Below, in pieces: positions 1 to 9,319 of a stretch of 64,000 bases of DNA. Every line of letters begins with the position of its first letter. Within the stretch, counting starts at the first letter, position 1. Where the stretch lies: positions 1,467 to 65,466 of the forward strand of contig JAUSJG010000008.1 in assembly GCA_030647555.1 (NCBI GenBank). Direction: 5' to 3'. Source of the stretch: a bacterium (GTDB lineage Bacteria > Patescibacteriota > Andersenbacteria > UBA10190 > CAIZMI01). The notes beneath the pieces are model-generated. The model searched no databases. It saw only the letters and a program-made list of their open reading frames with translations, and was not told where the DNA came from. The position numbers and the translations under genes are program-made.

Positions 1-1407
1 ATTGAGAAGGTGGTTTTAGAAAATTCGCTTGGCGTACCTCTTAGGCAAGAAAAAGTGTCTGCTCGTCCAGGAATAGTTTTTGAAAATAGTGCCGTTCTCT
101 CTCCATATGGAAGCGGTGATTTTATTGGTTCTTTATATATTGGTGGAGCCGTGGTTGAAGGGTTACCTCTTTGCGTAAAAGCGACAAGGGGAATGGGAAG
201 AGCAGTCTTTATTGAGGGAAGGACGCAATTAGAAGGTCGGGACTATAACTTTATTCAGTGGAAAGGTGTTGATTCTCTTGTTGGTGGAGGAATAGAGCAA
301 AATCTCGCCGAAGCGGACGGTAGTGTCGATTATATTGTTGGTGAAAAGGTAGATTTTTCGCCGTTAATGATGATTAAGTTTCCGGGTGGCAAGGAGTCGG
401 TGAGATTTCGCGGTACATCATTTTACAAAAATCTTTTGCGTGAGGCTGAAAAGAGCAAGCAGTTCGAACAATATGGTCTGCGGATGCCCAAAATTTTAAA
501 AACAATAAAGTTTTCCCGGGAATTCTGTCAAGAACACAATTTGCCAGTGCCGGAAAATGATGAAGAAGGAGATTCGAACGGTGAGATGCTGAAGGATTTT
601 GTCGAACGTCAAGATGTTGTTATGGGTGATAAACAAAAAGAAATAATACTTTTATCTTATGAAGCGAAAAAACATAATAAAGGTTTTGTTTTAGGACAAA
701 GTATTAGGGCTTTTCGTAACGTTTGGCGCGTGGATGACGCTGAAAAGTTGCGCGGAGATAAAGAGGGGCTCGCGCAGATTATCGAAACTTCAAAAAAGAT
801 ACTATCGGAAGAATTTGGACGAGAATTGGGGGATAGGGAGTTTGTTGAAGAGTTTGCAAAATTGCTTGGTCAACAAGTTGCTATACTTCTTGAAAATCGA
901 TTAGTGCAAGGCGCAATGCGAGACCACAAACAAGACATTACATTTGCCGCGGAAATTTGTGATTTTGATGGTGCTTATAATGTGGATGAGTATTTGGCAG
1001 ATCCTAATAATGAACCGCAATGGTTAAAAGATGGTCAAGGCACGAGAGAAGATTGGATAAAAGAGCGAGAGTTGAAGTTGTACAGGCAGATTTTGCTTGT
1101 TGGTGCCCACTTAAAACCCATTATTGGGACAATGGAAGAATTGGGAAGAGGTGATTTTTCAGAAGAAGTTATTAGTCAGTTTATTGACGGAATTGCAAGT
1201 AATCTATCTGAAGAAAAAAAGAAGCAACTCGAGCAGTTTTTAGTGGAAAATCAAAATAAAATAGAGACGGAATATGATAAGAAAATGCAAAATATCGAAG
1301 ATATTGTTGGAGATTCGGAAGTGGCACGTAGAAATTTTGCGGGATATAAGTTGTATTTCGAGGATATTTGTGCTAAATTACTGCAAAGCATACAAGGTAA
1401 AAAATAA
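1..1407 (+). CDS. Hypothetical protein with a divergent SelO/YdiU-like kinase fold (5' partial)
   Basis: Frame is open from base 1. Motifs GMGRA, QWKG, LLRE...YGLRMP and LVQGAM...DITF...EICDFD occur in the same order as SelO motifs GDGRA, QLKG, SIRE...LGIPT and HGVMNTDN...TIDYG. Confidence 0.5.
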   Translation: MEKVVLENSLGVPLRQEKVSARPGIVFENSAVLSPYGSGDFIGSLYIGGAVVEGLPLCVKATRGMGRAVFIEGRTQLEGRDYNFIQWKGVDSLVGGGIEQNLAEADGSVDYIVGEKVDFSPLMMIKFPGGKESVRFRGTSFYKNLLREAEKSKQFEQYGLRMPKILKTIKFSREFCQEHNLPVPENDEEGDSNGEMLKDFVERQDVVMGDKQKEIILLSYEAKKHNKGFVLGQSIRAFRNVWRVDDAEKLRGDKEGLAQIIETSKKILSEEFGRELGDREFVEEFAKLLGQQVAILLENRLVQGAMRDHKQDITFAAEICDFDGAYNVDEYLADPNNEPQWLKDGQGTREDWIKERELKLYRQILLVGAHLKPIIGTMEELGRGDFSEEVISQFIDGIASNLSEEKKKQLEQFLVENQNKIETEYDKKMQNIEDIVGDSEVARRNFAGYKLYFEDICAKLLQSIQGKK

Positions 1408-1435
1408 TTAATTTATTTTTAAGACATGCAATTTT

Positions 1436-2367
1436 ATGTCAGAACGTGCTCCAAGGGTATTACCAATTGAGCCGGAAGAAACCGGGATGATAAAACGAAA
1501 CTTAGAAGATGGTGAGTTAAGAGAGAGGCCTTTTGGGGAGGATGTTTTGCGGGTCATACGCAATAGTGGGTCATTTAGAGCAAACGTCGTAGCGATTCCT
1601 CCCTTTTTCAAAGGGAGGTGAGGAGGGATTGTAAAAATAAGAACATCTCAACTTCTTAACTTAATCCACCCTCGCCCTTTGCTCATCAGAGTAACACCGC
1701 CGAAGCGCGTGCAACTTTGAAAAAGGAGGGGGACAACGACGTCGTTTTCTTTAATGTTGCGATAATTCTGTTTTGTTGGTATCCCACTATTGCGTATGAC
1801 CCTGTTTTGCAGGCTTCACTTGGGTTGGTGGAAAAATTACAAGGTCCAGAGTTTCAGAAAGCTTATGCAGATAGTCTTGCATATGGCTGGAGATATAAAA
1901 TGAATTTTTCCACCTCTAAAAGAGATGAAAAATTTATAAAACAGATGACGTCGGGCGAATTGGATATGACAAACAGAGGATTTGGTCTGTTATATACAGT
2001 GATTGATAGGATGAAAGAGAAAATTAGTCGTGGTCTTGTTTCTCTGGATAACATGAAGGATTTGCAAAAAATGGCAACAGAGAAGCAAAGAGGAAGTGGT
2101 GAGACCTATAATGAAGGAATTATGGTAGAAACTCTTACAAATTGGCTCACTAGTTTTAAACAAGAGCAAATTGATCCAAAAAAAGTTGATGCAGAATTTT
2201 TAAGTGTTTTGTGTAGGGATATATATCAGATGATGTACAAAATTAATGAGCATGGTAACGCTAGAAAATTTGTTGATAACCCACGACAATTCAACGATGC
2301 GGCAATTGATTTAGATCGTGCCTATCAAGTAATAAAAGATGTTTCACGGAGTAATTACAAATTATAG
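1436..2367 (+). pseudogene. Hypothetical gene interrupted by a MITE (restorable 223-aa ORF)
   Basis: Removing 1551-1810 (element plus one TSD copy) joins ...GEDVL to QASLGLVEK... in frame, giving 672 nt. Confidence 0.85.
1551..1802. mobile_element. MITE, 252 bp, with 20-bp perfect TIRs and 8-bp TSD
   Basis: TIR GGGTCATACGCAATAGTGGG (1551-1570) and its reverse complement (1783-1802). TGTTTTGC is duplicated at 1543-1550 and 1803-1810. A homolog lies at 63561-63843. Confidence 0.93.
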
Positions 2368-2427
2368 ATATCTCAAAATATTGGTATTGTATAAATAGCG
2401 CATTCTTGTTTGTGTTATAATATCCGT

Positions 2428-3492
2428 ATGAACTACAGTCAAATTTTAAGGCGTAGCTGGGAGATTCTTAAAAACAACAAGTTTTTGTGGGGATTGGGGA
2501 TCCTCGCAGGATTAGTGTCGGGTGGCGGGGGAATACCTTCTTTTAATTTTCCTTCTAGTTATCAATCTGCTCAACCTACGCCTGCTGTAATTGAAACTTT
2601 GCCGACAACTAGTCCAGTAAATCAAAACATGGATCTTTCAATGGCAAGTGCTGGGCGCATTTTGGGGGATGCTGTACAGAAAAGTAAGTGCATAACTCGC
2701 GATTTGGGTGATAAATCCTTGGGTGACAAGTGTGGTAATGGACCAGTTCTTACTTCAGCGGTGATTACAATAATCGGTTTGTGTGTATTGCTAGGTATTG
2801 TTGTCGGACTAATAATTCTGTATTTTGGTACTTCCGCCAGAGCGGGGTTGATATTGGCTGTGGATAAGTTAGAAACAACGGGTGAAAAAATGGGTTTCAA
2901 AAAAGCGCTCAATGAAGGAAAAAAGTATTTTTGGCGTATTTTTGGCGCGGGGTTGTTGTACTCGGCTTATGTCCTGTTTTTTTTGGCGATTTGCGGGGCA
3001 CTGATTGGTATCGCGATATTGCTAAATAACACGGTTTCAACCGTTGTGATTGTGCTGATTGGCGTAGTTTTGTTTATCGCATTTTTGGTGTCATGCCTAT
3101 ATTTAGGGGTACTTTATTTGTTTATCGCGCAAATCATTGTTTTGGGAAATTTTGGTCCGATTGAGGCGTTAAAGAAAGCGCATCTTTTGGTGAAGAGTCA
3201 GTGGCGTGATGTGCTAATTAGCTGGATTATTATGATTGGAATCGGTTTTGCGATGGGACTAGTGATTGTTCTTTCCTTGTTGATTGTCGGCACAATTTTG
3301 GCACTTGTCGGATTTGGTATTTATGGATTGGCGGGTGTAGTTGGCGCGGTAATTTTTGGGATTATTTTTGGAACTATTTTGTTTGTCGTTTTATTTATTA
3401 TTAGAGGTTTTGTCACCGCGTATATGTCGATTTTTACCACTTTGGTTTATCGTGCGCTATACTATATTCAAGCTCAAAAATTTATTAATTAA
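2428..3492 (+). CDS. Multi-pass membrane protein
   Basis: About 6-7 long hydrophobic helices. ATG 2428 follows a TGnTATAAT extended -10. Confidence 0.8.
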   Translation: MNYSQILRRSWEILKNNKFLWGLGILAGLVSGGGGIPSFNFPSSYQSAQPTPAVIETLPTTSPVNQNMDLSMASAGRILGDAVQKSKCITRDLGDKSLGDKCGNGPVLTSAVITIIGLCVLLGIVVGLIILYFGTSARAGLILAVDKLETTGEKMGFKKALNEGKKYFWRIFGAGLLYSAYVLFFLAICGALIGIAILLNNTVSTVVIVLIGVVLFIAFLVSCLYLGVLYLFIAQIIVLGNFGPIEALKKAHLLVKSQWRDVLISWIIMIGIGFAMGLVIVLSLLIVGTILALVGFGIYGLAGVVGAVIFGIIFGTILFVVLFIIRGFVTAYMSIFTTLVYRALYYIQAQKFIN

Positions 3493-3509
3493 TTTTTAAT
3501 AACAAAACG

Positions 3510-3992
3510 ATGGAAAATAATCAAGAGCAAGTTCCGGTACAGCCACCTGTTACCGCGCAAGTGCCAGTTGGGGTTAATCCGGCAGGCGCAAGTGGTGTTG
3601 ATGGTCCAAACGGACCGTTTCCCGCGGAATTAAATCATTGGAATTGGGGAGCATTTCTTTTGAGCTGGATTTGGGCGATTGGTAACCAGGTTTGGATTGG
3701 ATTACTAGTTTTGCTTTCATTTATTCCTGTTATCGGGGGAATTATCGCTTTAGTGATGGTGATAATGTTGGGTATCAAGGGTAACGAATGGGCCTGGAAA
3801 GCGAAGAAATGGGATAGCGTTGAACATTTCAAAACAGTGCAGAAAAAGTGGGCAAAGTGGGGAGTCATTCTTGCTATTGTTGGTGTTGTTATTGCAATTT
3901 TGATGGCCGTTGCCATGATGTTTTTGGTGGCGAAAGTGGCAACGGATGAGCCAAGTCGCGTTCAGCAATACAATGTAAATATTCCGGAGTAA
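3510..3992 (+). CDS. Small membrane protein (WNWGAF motif, DUF2628-like)
   Basis: WNWGAFLLSWIWAIGN and GxKGNEWAW motifs, TM helices and a Pro/Gln-rich N-terminus. Confidence 0.75.
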   Translation: MENNQEQVPVQPPVTAQVPVGVNPAGASGVDGPNGPFPAELNHWNWGAFLLSWIWAIGNQVWIGLLVLLSFIPVIGGIIALVMVIMLGIKGNEWAWKAKKWDSVEHFKTVQKKWAKWGVILAIVGVVIAILMAVAMMFLVAKVATDEPSRVQQYNVNIPE

Positions 3993-4031
3993 TAACAGTA
4001 AAAAAGTAATTGTAATATCAGTTAAATTTAG

Positions 4032-4093
4032 ACGAGTTCGGACATTAAAACAGTTCTGTCTGCGGAAGGAACAGTTTTAATGTCCGAACTCGT
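4032..4093. repeat. Long palindrome, family shared with 34050-34111
   Basis: 20-bp arms ACGAGTTCGGACATTAAAAC / GTTTTAATGTCCGAACTCGT. Confidence 0.85.
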
Positions 4094-4151
4094 TTATTTT
4101 GAGGAAATTTTAGCATTCGCCATTTTCTATATTTAGCTTTATTCTTTTTCT

Positions 4152-4850
4152 ATGACCGAAAATACATTGCAGCCAAATGAAGGCAAAAAATTGGAAAAAG
4201 TTGTGGCGGGGGTAAATTATCTTCGTTTTCCGATTAAAACTCACGTCGTAAAACCAACGGATGATATTGAAGCGGTTGTAAAACAGTATTTGGCTCACCT
4301 GCTTCAGACGGGTGACATGGTGGCGATTTCGGAAAAAGTGGTGGCGATTACCCAGGGTCGTTCATATCCAATTAAGGATATTAAGCCGTCCTGGCTGGCA
4401 AAATTGTTGGTAAAATTTGTTTTTAAACCAAAGTGGGGAATCGGATTGGGAAGTCCGTGGACAATGGAATTGGCTCTGCGTGAGGCGGGGGCACCACGTA
4501 TTCTTTTCGCCGCCCTTGCTTCGGCTATTACAAAACCGTTTGGCGTGCGCGGTGTGTTTTACCGCGTGGCCGGGAAAAATATCAACGCGATTGATGGCCC
4601 AACGCCTTACACACTTCCGCCCTACAACGAATACGCAAAATTAGCACCGAAGGATCCGGAAAATGTCGCACAAAAGTTAGCCGAATTGCTAAAAGTTGGC
4701 GTAGCGATTATCGATGCTAATGATATTGGTGTGCAAGTGTTGGGTGCTTCAGAGGGAATGAACATAGAGCTAATTCGTGAACTATTTAAAGACAATCCAC
4801 TGGGACAGACAACAGAGCAAACACCACTTTGTATAATTAGAAAGTGTTGA
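4152..4850 (+). CDS. Coenzyme F420-0:L-glutamate ligase (CofE)-like protein
   Basis: GD.VAISEKVVAITQGR, NAIDG and IIDANDIG motifs, ending NPLGQTTEQTP. Confidence 0.75.
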   Translation: MTENTLQPNEGKKLEKVVAGVNYLRFPIKTHVVKPTDDIEAVVKQYLAHLLQTGDMVAISEKVVAITQGRSYPIKDIKPSWLAKLLVKFVFKPKWGIGLGSPWTMELALREAGAPRILFAALASAITKPFGVRGVFYRVAGKNINAIDGPTPYTLPPYNEYAKLAPKDPENVAQKLAELLKVGVAIIDANDIGVQVLGASEGMNIELIRELFKDNPLGQTTEQTPLCIIRKC

Positions 4851-4878
4851 AGTAGACAAATTAAGTAAATAACTACCG

Positions 4879-4924
4879 ACCAGGGTTGAACCTTGGACAA
4901 GACTGTCCAAGGTTCAACCCTGGT
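4879..4924. repeat. REP-like perfect palindrome (21-bp arms)
   Basis: ACCAGGGTTGAACCTTGGACA-agac-TGTCCAAGGTTCAACCCTGGT. Confidence 0.85.
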
Positions 4925-4950
4925 TTGCGTGGCTTTGATTACCCGTTCCC

Positions 4951-5023
4951 TTGAAAAGGGGAACTTTTTGGTGTATATTGGTTGTAGGTGGAAAAAAGTG
5001 GGGAAAAGTGGGGAAAACAGTGG
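4951..5023 (+). promoter_or_regulatory. mraZ promoter and MraZ operator (GTGG repeats at 10-bp spacing)
   Basis: TTGAAA-17-TATATT (4951-4979), then GTGG at 4988, 4998, 5008 (and 5020). This is the established MraZ-box architecture. Confidence 0.85.
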
Positions 5024-5043
5024 ATAACTTTTCAAAAGCCAAG

Positions 5044-5481
5044 ATGTTTATCGGCGAATATCACCATAGTATTGATGAAAAAGGACGTTTGGCTCTTCCA
5101 ACAAAGTTTCGGAAGGAATTGGCACAGGGAATCGTGGTAACCCGTGGATTAGACCATTGTTTGTTCGTTTACACCCAAGCGATGTGGGAAAAAATGGCCG
5201 GTAGAATTGGCAATTTGCCCATGAATCAAAAGAACAATCGTGCGTTTGCCCGTTTGATGTTGGCCGGTGCGATGGATAGCAAAATTGACGGTCAGGGCAG
5301 AGTGGTGTTGCCGGATTATTTGAGAACGTTTGGCGGGTTAACAAAGAATGTGGTGGTGGCCGGTGTGCAAGATCGTCTGGAAATTTGGGACGAAGCCGAA
5401 TGGGCCAGATACACCAAGGATGCGGAACAGCACAGCGAGGAAATTGCTGAAGCAATCGAGCTCTTTCAAAACGAAGTATAA
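5044..5481 (+). CDS. mraZ: Transcriptional regulator MraZ
   Basis: MFIGEYHHSIDEKGRLALP and DGQGRVVLP motifs. Confidence 0.97.
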   Translation: MFIGEYHHSIDEKGRLALPTKFRKELAQGIVVTRGLDHCLFVYTQAMWEKMAGRIGNLPMNQKNNRAFARLMLAGAMDSKIDGQGRVVLPDYLRTFGGLTKNVVVAGVQDRLEIWDEAEWARYTKDAEQHSEEIAEAIELFQNEV

Positions 5482-5492
5482 AAATATAAACA

Positions 5493-6479
5493 ATGGCGTT
5501 AGATCTTAATACGCAAAGTTTGGGTCGCACTGACCGTATCTTGCATCAACCGATATTTTTGCAAGAAATCCTTAAGTCTTTGGTTCAACCAAAGGCGCGT
5601 TACGTTGATGGCACTTTGGGGGACGGGGGACACGCCAAAGCTCTGCTTACCGCGAGCGATGAATCATCAAAATTGATTGGTATCGACTTGGATACGGAAG
5701 GACAAGTGCGTGCCAAAAAAGAACTCGTAGCATTTGGCGACCGCGTGTTATTTGCACACAACACGTTTGCGAATGTGGACGAAGTGGTTAAGCAGGTGGG
5801 CTGGGGGTTCGCGACGGGAATTCTTTTCGACTTGGGAATGTCAACTCATCATCTCCAAGCCGAACGAGGTTTCTCTTTCAAAAATCAAGGAGCATTGGAT
5901 ATGCAGTTTGATCCCACGGGGACGATCGCGCTTCCGGAACCGACGGCGATTTATCTAAAACGAATCGCGCGAAAAATTCCAGCTTATACCGCGAAGGATT
6001 TGCTGAATAATTTGCACGAGGATGAATTGGCAGAATTGATTCAAAGCTACGGCGAAGAAGCATTCTCCGAACGGATTGCTGCGGGAATTGTGCAAGAGCG
6101 CCGTAACGGCGATATCGATTCCGTTCCGCAGTTGGTCCAAATTGTCTTGCGAGCCTATCCCGGAGGAAAGAGACACGGGCGTATCCATATTGCGACTAAA
6201 ACTTTTCAGGCATTGCGGATCGCAGTGAATAGGGAATACGAAACGTTGCAAATTGCCATCAAGAAATCATTAGCGATTTTGGCAGATGGTGGGCGATTGG
6301 CAATTATCTCTTTTCACTCCGGAGAAGATCGCATTGTAAAGCAGGTGTTTAGGCAGGCGGCACAAAGTGAAAACTTTACGCTTCTGACCAAACATCCAAT
6401 TAAGCCGACGTTTCAAGAAGTTCGCGCCAACGCCTGGAGTCGTAGCGCAAAACTAAGAATTTTAGAAAAATCCAAATAA
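5493..6479 (+). CDS. rsmH: 16S rRNA m4C1402 methyltransferase
   Basis: VDGTLGDGGH, FDLGMS, FQALRIAVN, ISFHSGEDRIVK and SRSAKLR motifs. Confidence 0.97.
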   Translation: MALDLNTQSLGRTDRILHQPIFLQEILKSLVQPKARYVDGTLGDGGHAKALLTASDESSKLIGIDLDTEGQVRAKKELVAFGDRVLFAHNTFANVDEVVKQVGWGFATGILFDLGMSTHHLQAERGFSFKNQGALDMQFDPTGTIALPEPTAIYLKRIARKIPAYTAKDLLNNLHEDELAELIQSYGEEAFSERIAAGIVQERRNGDIDSVPQLVQIVLRAYPGGKRHGRIHIATKTFQALRIAVNREYETLQIAIKKSLAILADGGRLAIISFHSGEDRIVKQVFRQAAQSENFTLLTKHPIKPTFQEVRANAWSRSAKLRILEKSK

Positions 6480-6483
6480 ACAA

Positions 6484-6918
6484 ATGACAATCTATTCCAT
6501 CAATAATCACAATAAGTACGGTTCTGGAAAAGCAACACCGCGTCGCGTGTCGGCATTATTGGCGCATAATAAAAACACAAAAGACCAGTATTCTTCACAG
6601 CGAGGTTCGACTATGGGAATATTTCTCTCCGGATTGGGAATATTGTCGATAATAGTTGTCGCGGGCTTTCTCTATATTTTTCAGGTGACGAGTTCGGCGG
6701 TGGGTGGATATGATACAACATCATTGGAAAAACAAATTGTCAAATTGCAAGACGAACGACGAGATTTGGAAATGCAAGCCGCTGATTTGCAATCATTGCA
6801 ATCTATCGAGCGAGGGGCAAAAAAGTTGCAGTTGGTGGCTTCTGATAAAGTTTTATACACCAGCCCGATTTCTAATAACAATTTGGTCGCGTATTCGGGA
6901 CAAGCAAGTGGATTATAA
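6484..6918 (+). CDS. ftsL: FtsL-like cell division protein
   Basis: Single TM helix plus coiled coil, located between rsmH and the PBP gene. Confidence 0.7.
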   Translation: MTIYSINNHNKYGSGKATPRRVSALLAHNKNTKDQYSSQRGSTMGIFLSGLGILSIIVVAGFLYIFQVTSSAVGGYDTTSLEKQIVKLQDERRDLEMQAADLQSLQSIERGAKKLQLVASDKVLYTSPISNNNLVAYSGQASGL

Positions 6919-6948
6919 ATCGTTCACAACTGCGTCTATCAGTGACCG

Positions 6949-7038
6949 ACCCTGACGTCCCCACTTCGCTCACCCTTTGCATAAAGCTACGGCGTGACAC
7001 GGTAAAGCTACGAGGGGCAGGTCAGGGACGGTCCCTGA
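6949..7038. repeat. Nested REP-like cluster
   Basis: CCCTGAC...GTCAGGG encloses two TAAAGCTACG units, followed by the palindrome TCAGGGACGGTCCCTGA. A related CGCTAAAGCTATGG lies at about 50498. Confidence 0.6.
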
Positions 7039-7070
7039 TTTGTTGACAGTTAACTTGCTATAATAAATTG

Positions 7071-8972
7071 ATGCGTGAGACTCCCTTAAAACGCGATAAA
7101 AATATGATCAAACGAAAGGGTGATCGGTTTTTCCTTTTATTCCTATTTGTTTTTGTGGTTTTTACGGCGCTTTTTTTGCGTTTAGGGTATTTACAGATTT
7201 TACAATCGGCAAAGTATACTTCATTGGCAGAAAATCAACGAACACGAACGTCAGATCTATTACCGCGACGCGGAAGTATCCTGTTGTCGGAAAAAGACGG
7301 CGTGGAACCATTCTCTGTGGCGACCACCAGGCAAGCAGAGTCCGCGTACGTAGAACCGCGCGTGATTAAAAATTTGGATTATACCGTAGGCATATTATCA
7401 GAGATATTGATGCGTTATGATCAGCGGGAAGTGGCGAGACGCGAAAAATTATTAGACGATTCCGGTCAGAATACGTTAGGGGAAATTGAAACAAGAAATA
7501 AGGATCGGAAAATTTTAATAGGAGAGGAAAAGTTAAAACAAGATGAGCAGGCTAAGCAGGATATTCAGAACCGATTACGTAACAAATTGAGTAATCCGAA
7601 AGATCCGTACGAGCCGTTAATTGCCTCTTATCAAAGATTCGACGATCAACTGATTCAGGATTTAAAAAATTTGAATTTGCCGGAAATTCGCTTTGAAAAA
7701 TTTTACGATCGATATTATCCGGAAGAAACTTTAGCGGCGCAAGTATTGGGTTATGTGCGTCAAGAAGGAATAGGAATTAAGGGAGAATATGGAATTGAAG
7801 GGGCAATGAATGATGTTTTACAAGGTCGTTCCGGTTTTATGGCGTCGGAACGGGACGTGATTGGGCGTTTAATTTCCGTAAGCAGTATGGACCTTAAACC
7901 GGCAGAGGACGGGGCGGACATCGTGTTGACAATTGATCGAATTGTTCAAACCTACGCGGAAAGTGTCGCGAAGCAGGGGCGCGATAAATTTAGCGCGGAA
8001 AAGGCCAGTATTATTGTTGCGGATCCTTACACGGGAGAAATAAAGGCAATTGCAAATTATCCGACATTTGATCCAAATTATTTTGGGGATGTTCGTGATA
8101 TAAGTGTTATGCGCAACAATGCAATTCTTGATGTTTTTGAACCCGGGTCTATTTTTAAGCCGTTAATTATGTCGATTGCCATCGATTTGGGCTTGGTTAC
8201 CCCTAACACGACGATGAATGATGCGGGTGCCTTGAAAGTTGGAAAATATATAATTAATACTTTTAACGGTAAGCATTTGGGGGTGATAACGATGACTCAA
8301 ATTCTCGAGCAATCAAATAACGTCGGAATGGTTTGGGTGGCGCAAAAAATCGGTGCGGAAAAACTTTTTGAAGGATTGCGTCATTTCGGGATCGGCGATA
8401 AAACAGGTTTGCCGCTCACTGGAGAGGCGGCTCGCGCTTTACCACTTCCGGATACTTGGTCGGAAGTAAAACTCGATACAATCAGTTTTGGACAAGGCGT
8501 CGTGGTTACTCCGATGCAGATGTTGGTTTCGGCAATGGCGGTAATAAACGGGGGACAACTTTTGGAACCGCATATTATCAAAGAAATTCGTTACTCCAAT
8601 GGTAATGTTGATAAAACGCAAGTAAAGCTGATTCGACAGGTTGTTTCTCCTGAATCCGCAACGAAAGTTTCGGCAATGATGACTTCTGTTGTTGAAAATG
8701 GCGTGGGTGCGTTGGCAAAAGTAAAAGGATATTATGTGGGCGGTAAAACCGGGACTGCGCAAGTGGTGGAATCGGAAACGGGGCGTTATTCCGCCGATAA
8801 GAAAATTATTTCCTTTTTTGGGTTCGCGCCGGCCGATAAGCCCAAATTTGCGGTGCTAATTATTCTTGATAATCCGAAAGGTTTAAGTTTTGCTTCTGGA
8901 ACCGCAGCACCAATGTTTCATGATTTAGCGAGCAAGCTTTTGAACTACTATATGGTGCCACCGACGCGGTGA
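7071..8972 (+). CDS. ftsI: Class B penicillin-binding protein (FtsI/PBP2 type)
   Basis: N-terminal TM helix and PRRGSI; catalytic SxxK (EPGSIFK), SxN (QSNN) and KTG. dcw cluster context. Start may be 7071 or 7104. Confidence 0.9.
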   Translation: MRETPLKRDKNMIKRKGDRFFLLFLFVFVVFTALFLRLGYLQILQSAKYTSLAENQRTRTSDLLPRRGSILLSEKDGVEPFSVATTRQAESAYVEPRVIKNLDYTVGILSEILMRYDQREVARREKLLDDSGQNTLGEIETRNKDRKILIGEEKLKQDEQAKQDIQNRLRNKLSNPKDPYEPLIASYQRFDDQLIQDLKNLNLPEIRFEKFYDRYYPEETLAAQVLGYVRQEGIGIKGEYGIEGAMNDVLQGRSGFMASERDVIGRLISVSSMDLKPAEDGADIVLTIDRIVQTYAESVAKQGRDKFSAEKASIIVADPYTGEIKAIANYPTFDPNYFGDVRDISVMRNNAILDVFEPGSIFKPLIMSIAIDLGLVTPNTTMNDAGALKVGKYIINTFNGKHLGVITMTQILEQSNNVGMVWVAQKIGAEKLFEGLRHFGIGDKTGLPLTGEAARALPLPDTWSEVKLDTISFGQGVVVTPMQMLVSAMAVINGGQLLEPHIIKEIRYSNGNVDKTQVKLIRQVVSPESATKVSAMMTSVVENGVGALAKVKGYYVGGKTGTAQVVESETGRYSADKKIISFFGFAPADKPKFAVLIILDNPKGLSFASGTAAPMFHDLASKLLNYYMVPPTR

Positions 8973-9041
8973 GGGTGTCGGGAGAAGGTGGTGTAATTTT
9001 TATGAGCACCTTTTTTAATAAGAGCTCTTTCTGAGTTCAGA

Positions 9042-9185
9042 TTTGTATATGGTATTTAGTATATAGTATATGGATTTACAATGTTTGGTGGTAAGATAAT
9101 TTTTTGCGGTTGACTAATCATTGGTCGGAACTTTACAAAACAACATCGGACAATAATTCCATATACCATACACTAAATACTATAC
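9042..9185. repeat. Heptamer-armed inverted-repeat cassette, family A, copy 1
   Basis: TTTG-TATATGG-TATTTAG-TATATAG-TATATGG-ATTTA ... TAATT-CCATATA-CCATACA-CTAAATA-CTATAC. Confidence 0.9.
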
Positions 9186-9229
9186 GCTTTTTCTAATTGT
9201 GCACGGTGTTTGTTTTGTTGTTTATGTTC

Positions 9230-9258
9230 TTGACTTTGGAAATGCCAAATAATATACT
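9230..9258 (+). promoter_or_regulatory. sigma70-like promoter
   Basis: TTGACT-17 bp-TATACT. Confidence 0.65.
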
Positions 9259-9319
9259 CTAAAGTCCGCTATGGTGGCGGAGTATGAAGATCCTTTCACA
9301 ACTGAAAGAGAGGTGCGAT

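Noticed and set aside
1717-2367. 216-aa ORF and the 61-aa ORF at 1436 as independent genes
   Set aside because: They are the two halves of one gene split by the MITE; the termini are element-derived.
4951-5043. N-terminal extensions in the ORF track (mraZ, atpC, rmuC, gdhA, murJ, methyltransferase at 45383)
   Set aside because: The extensions run through promoters or repeats; family-typical starts lie downstream.
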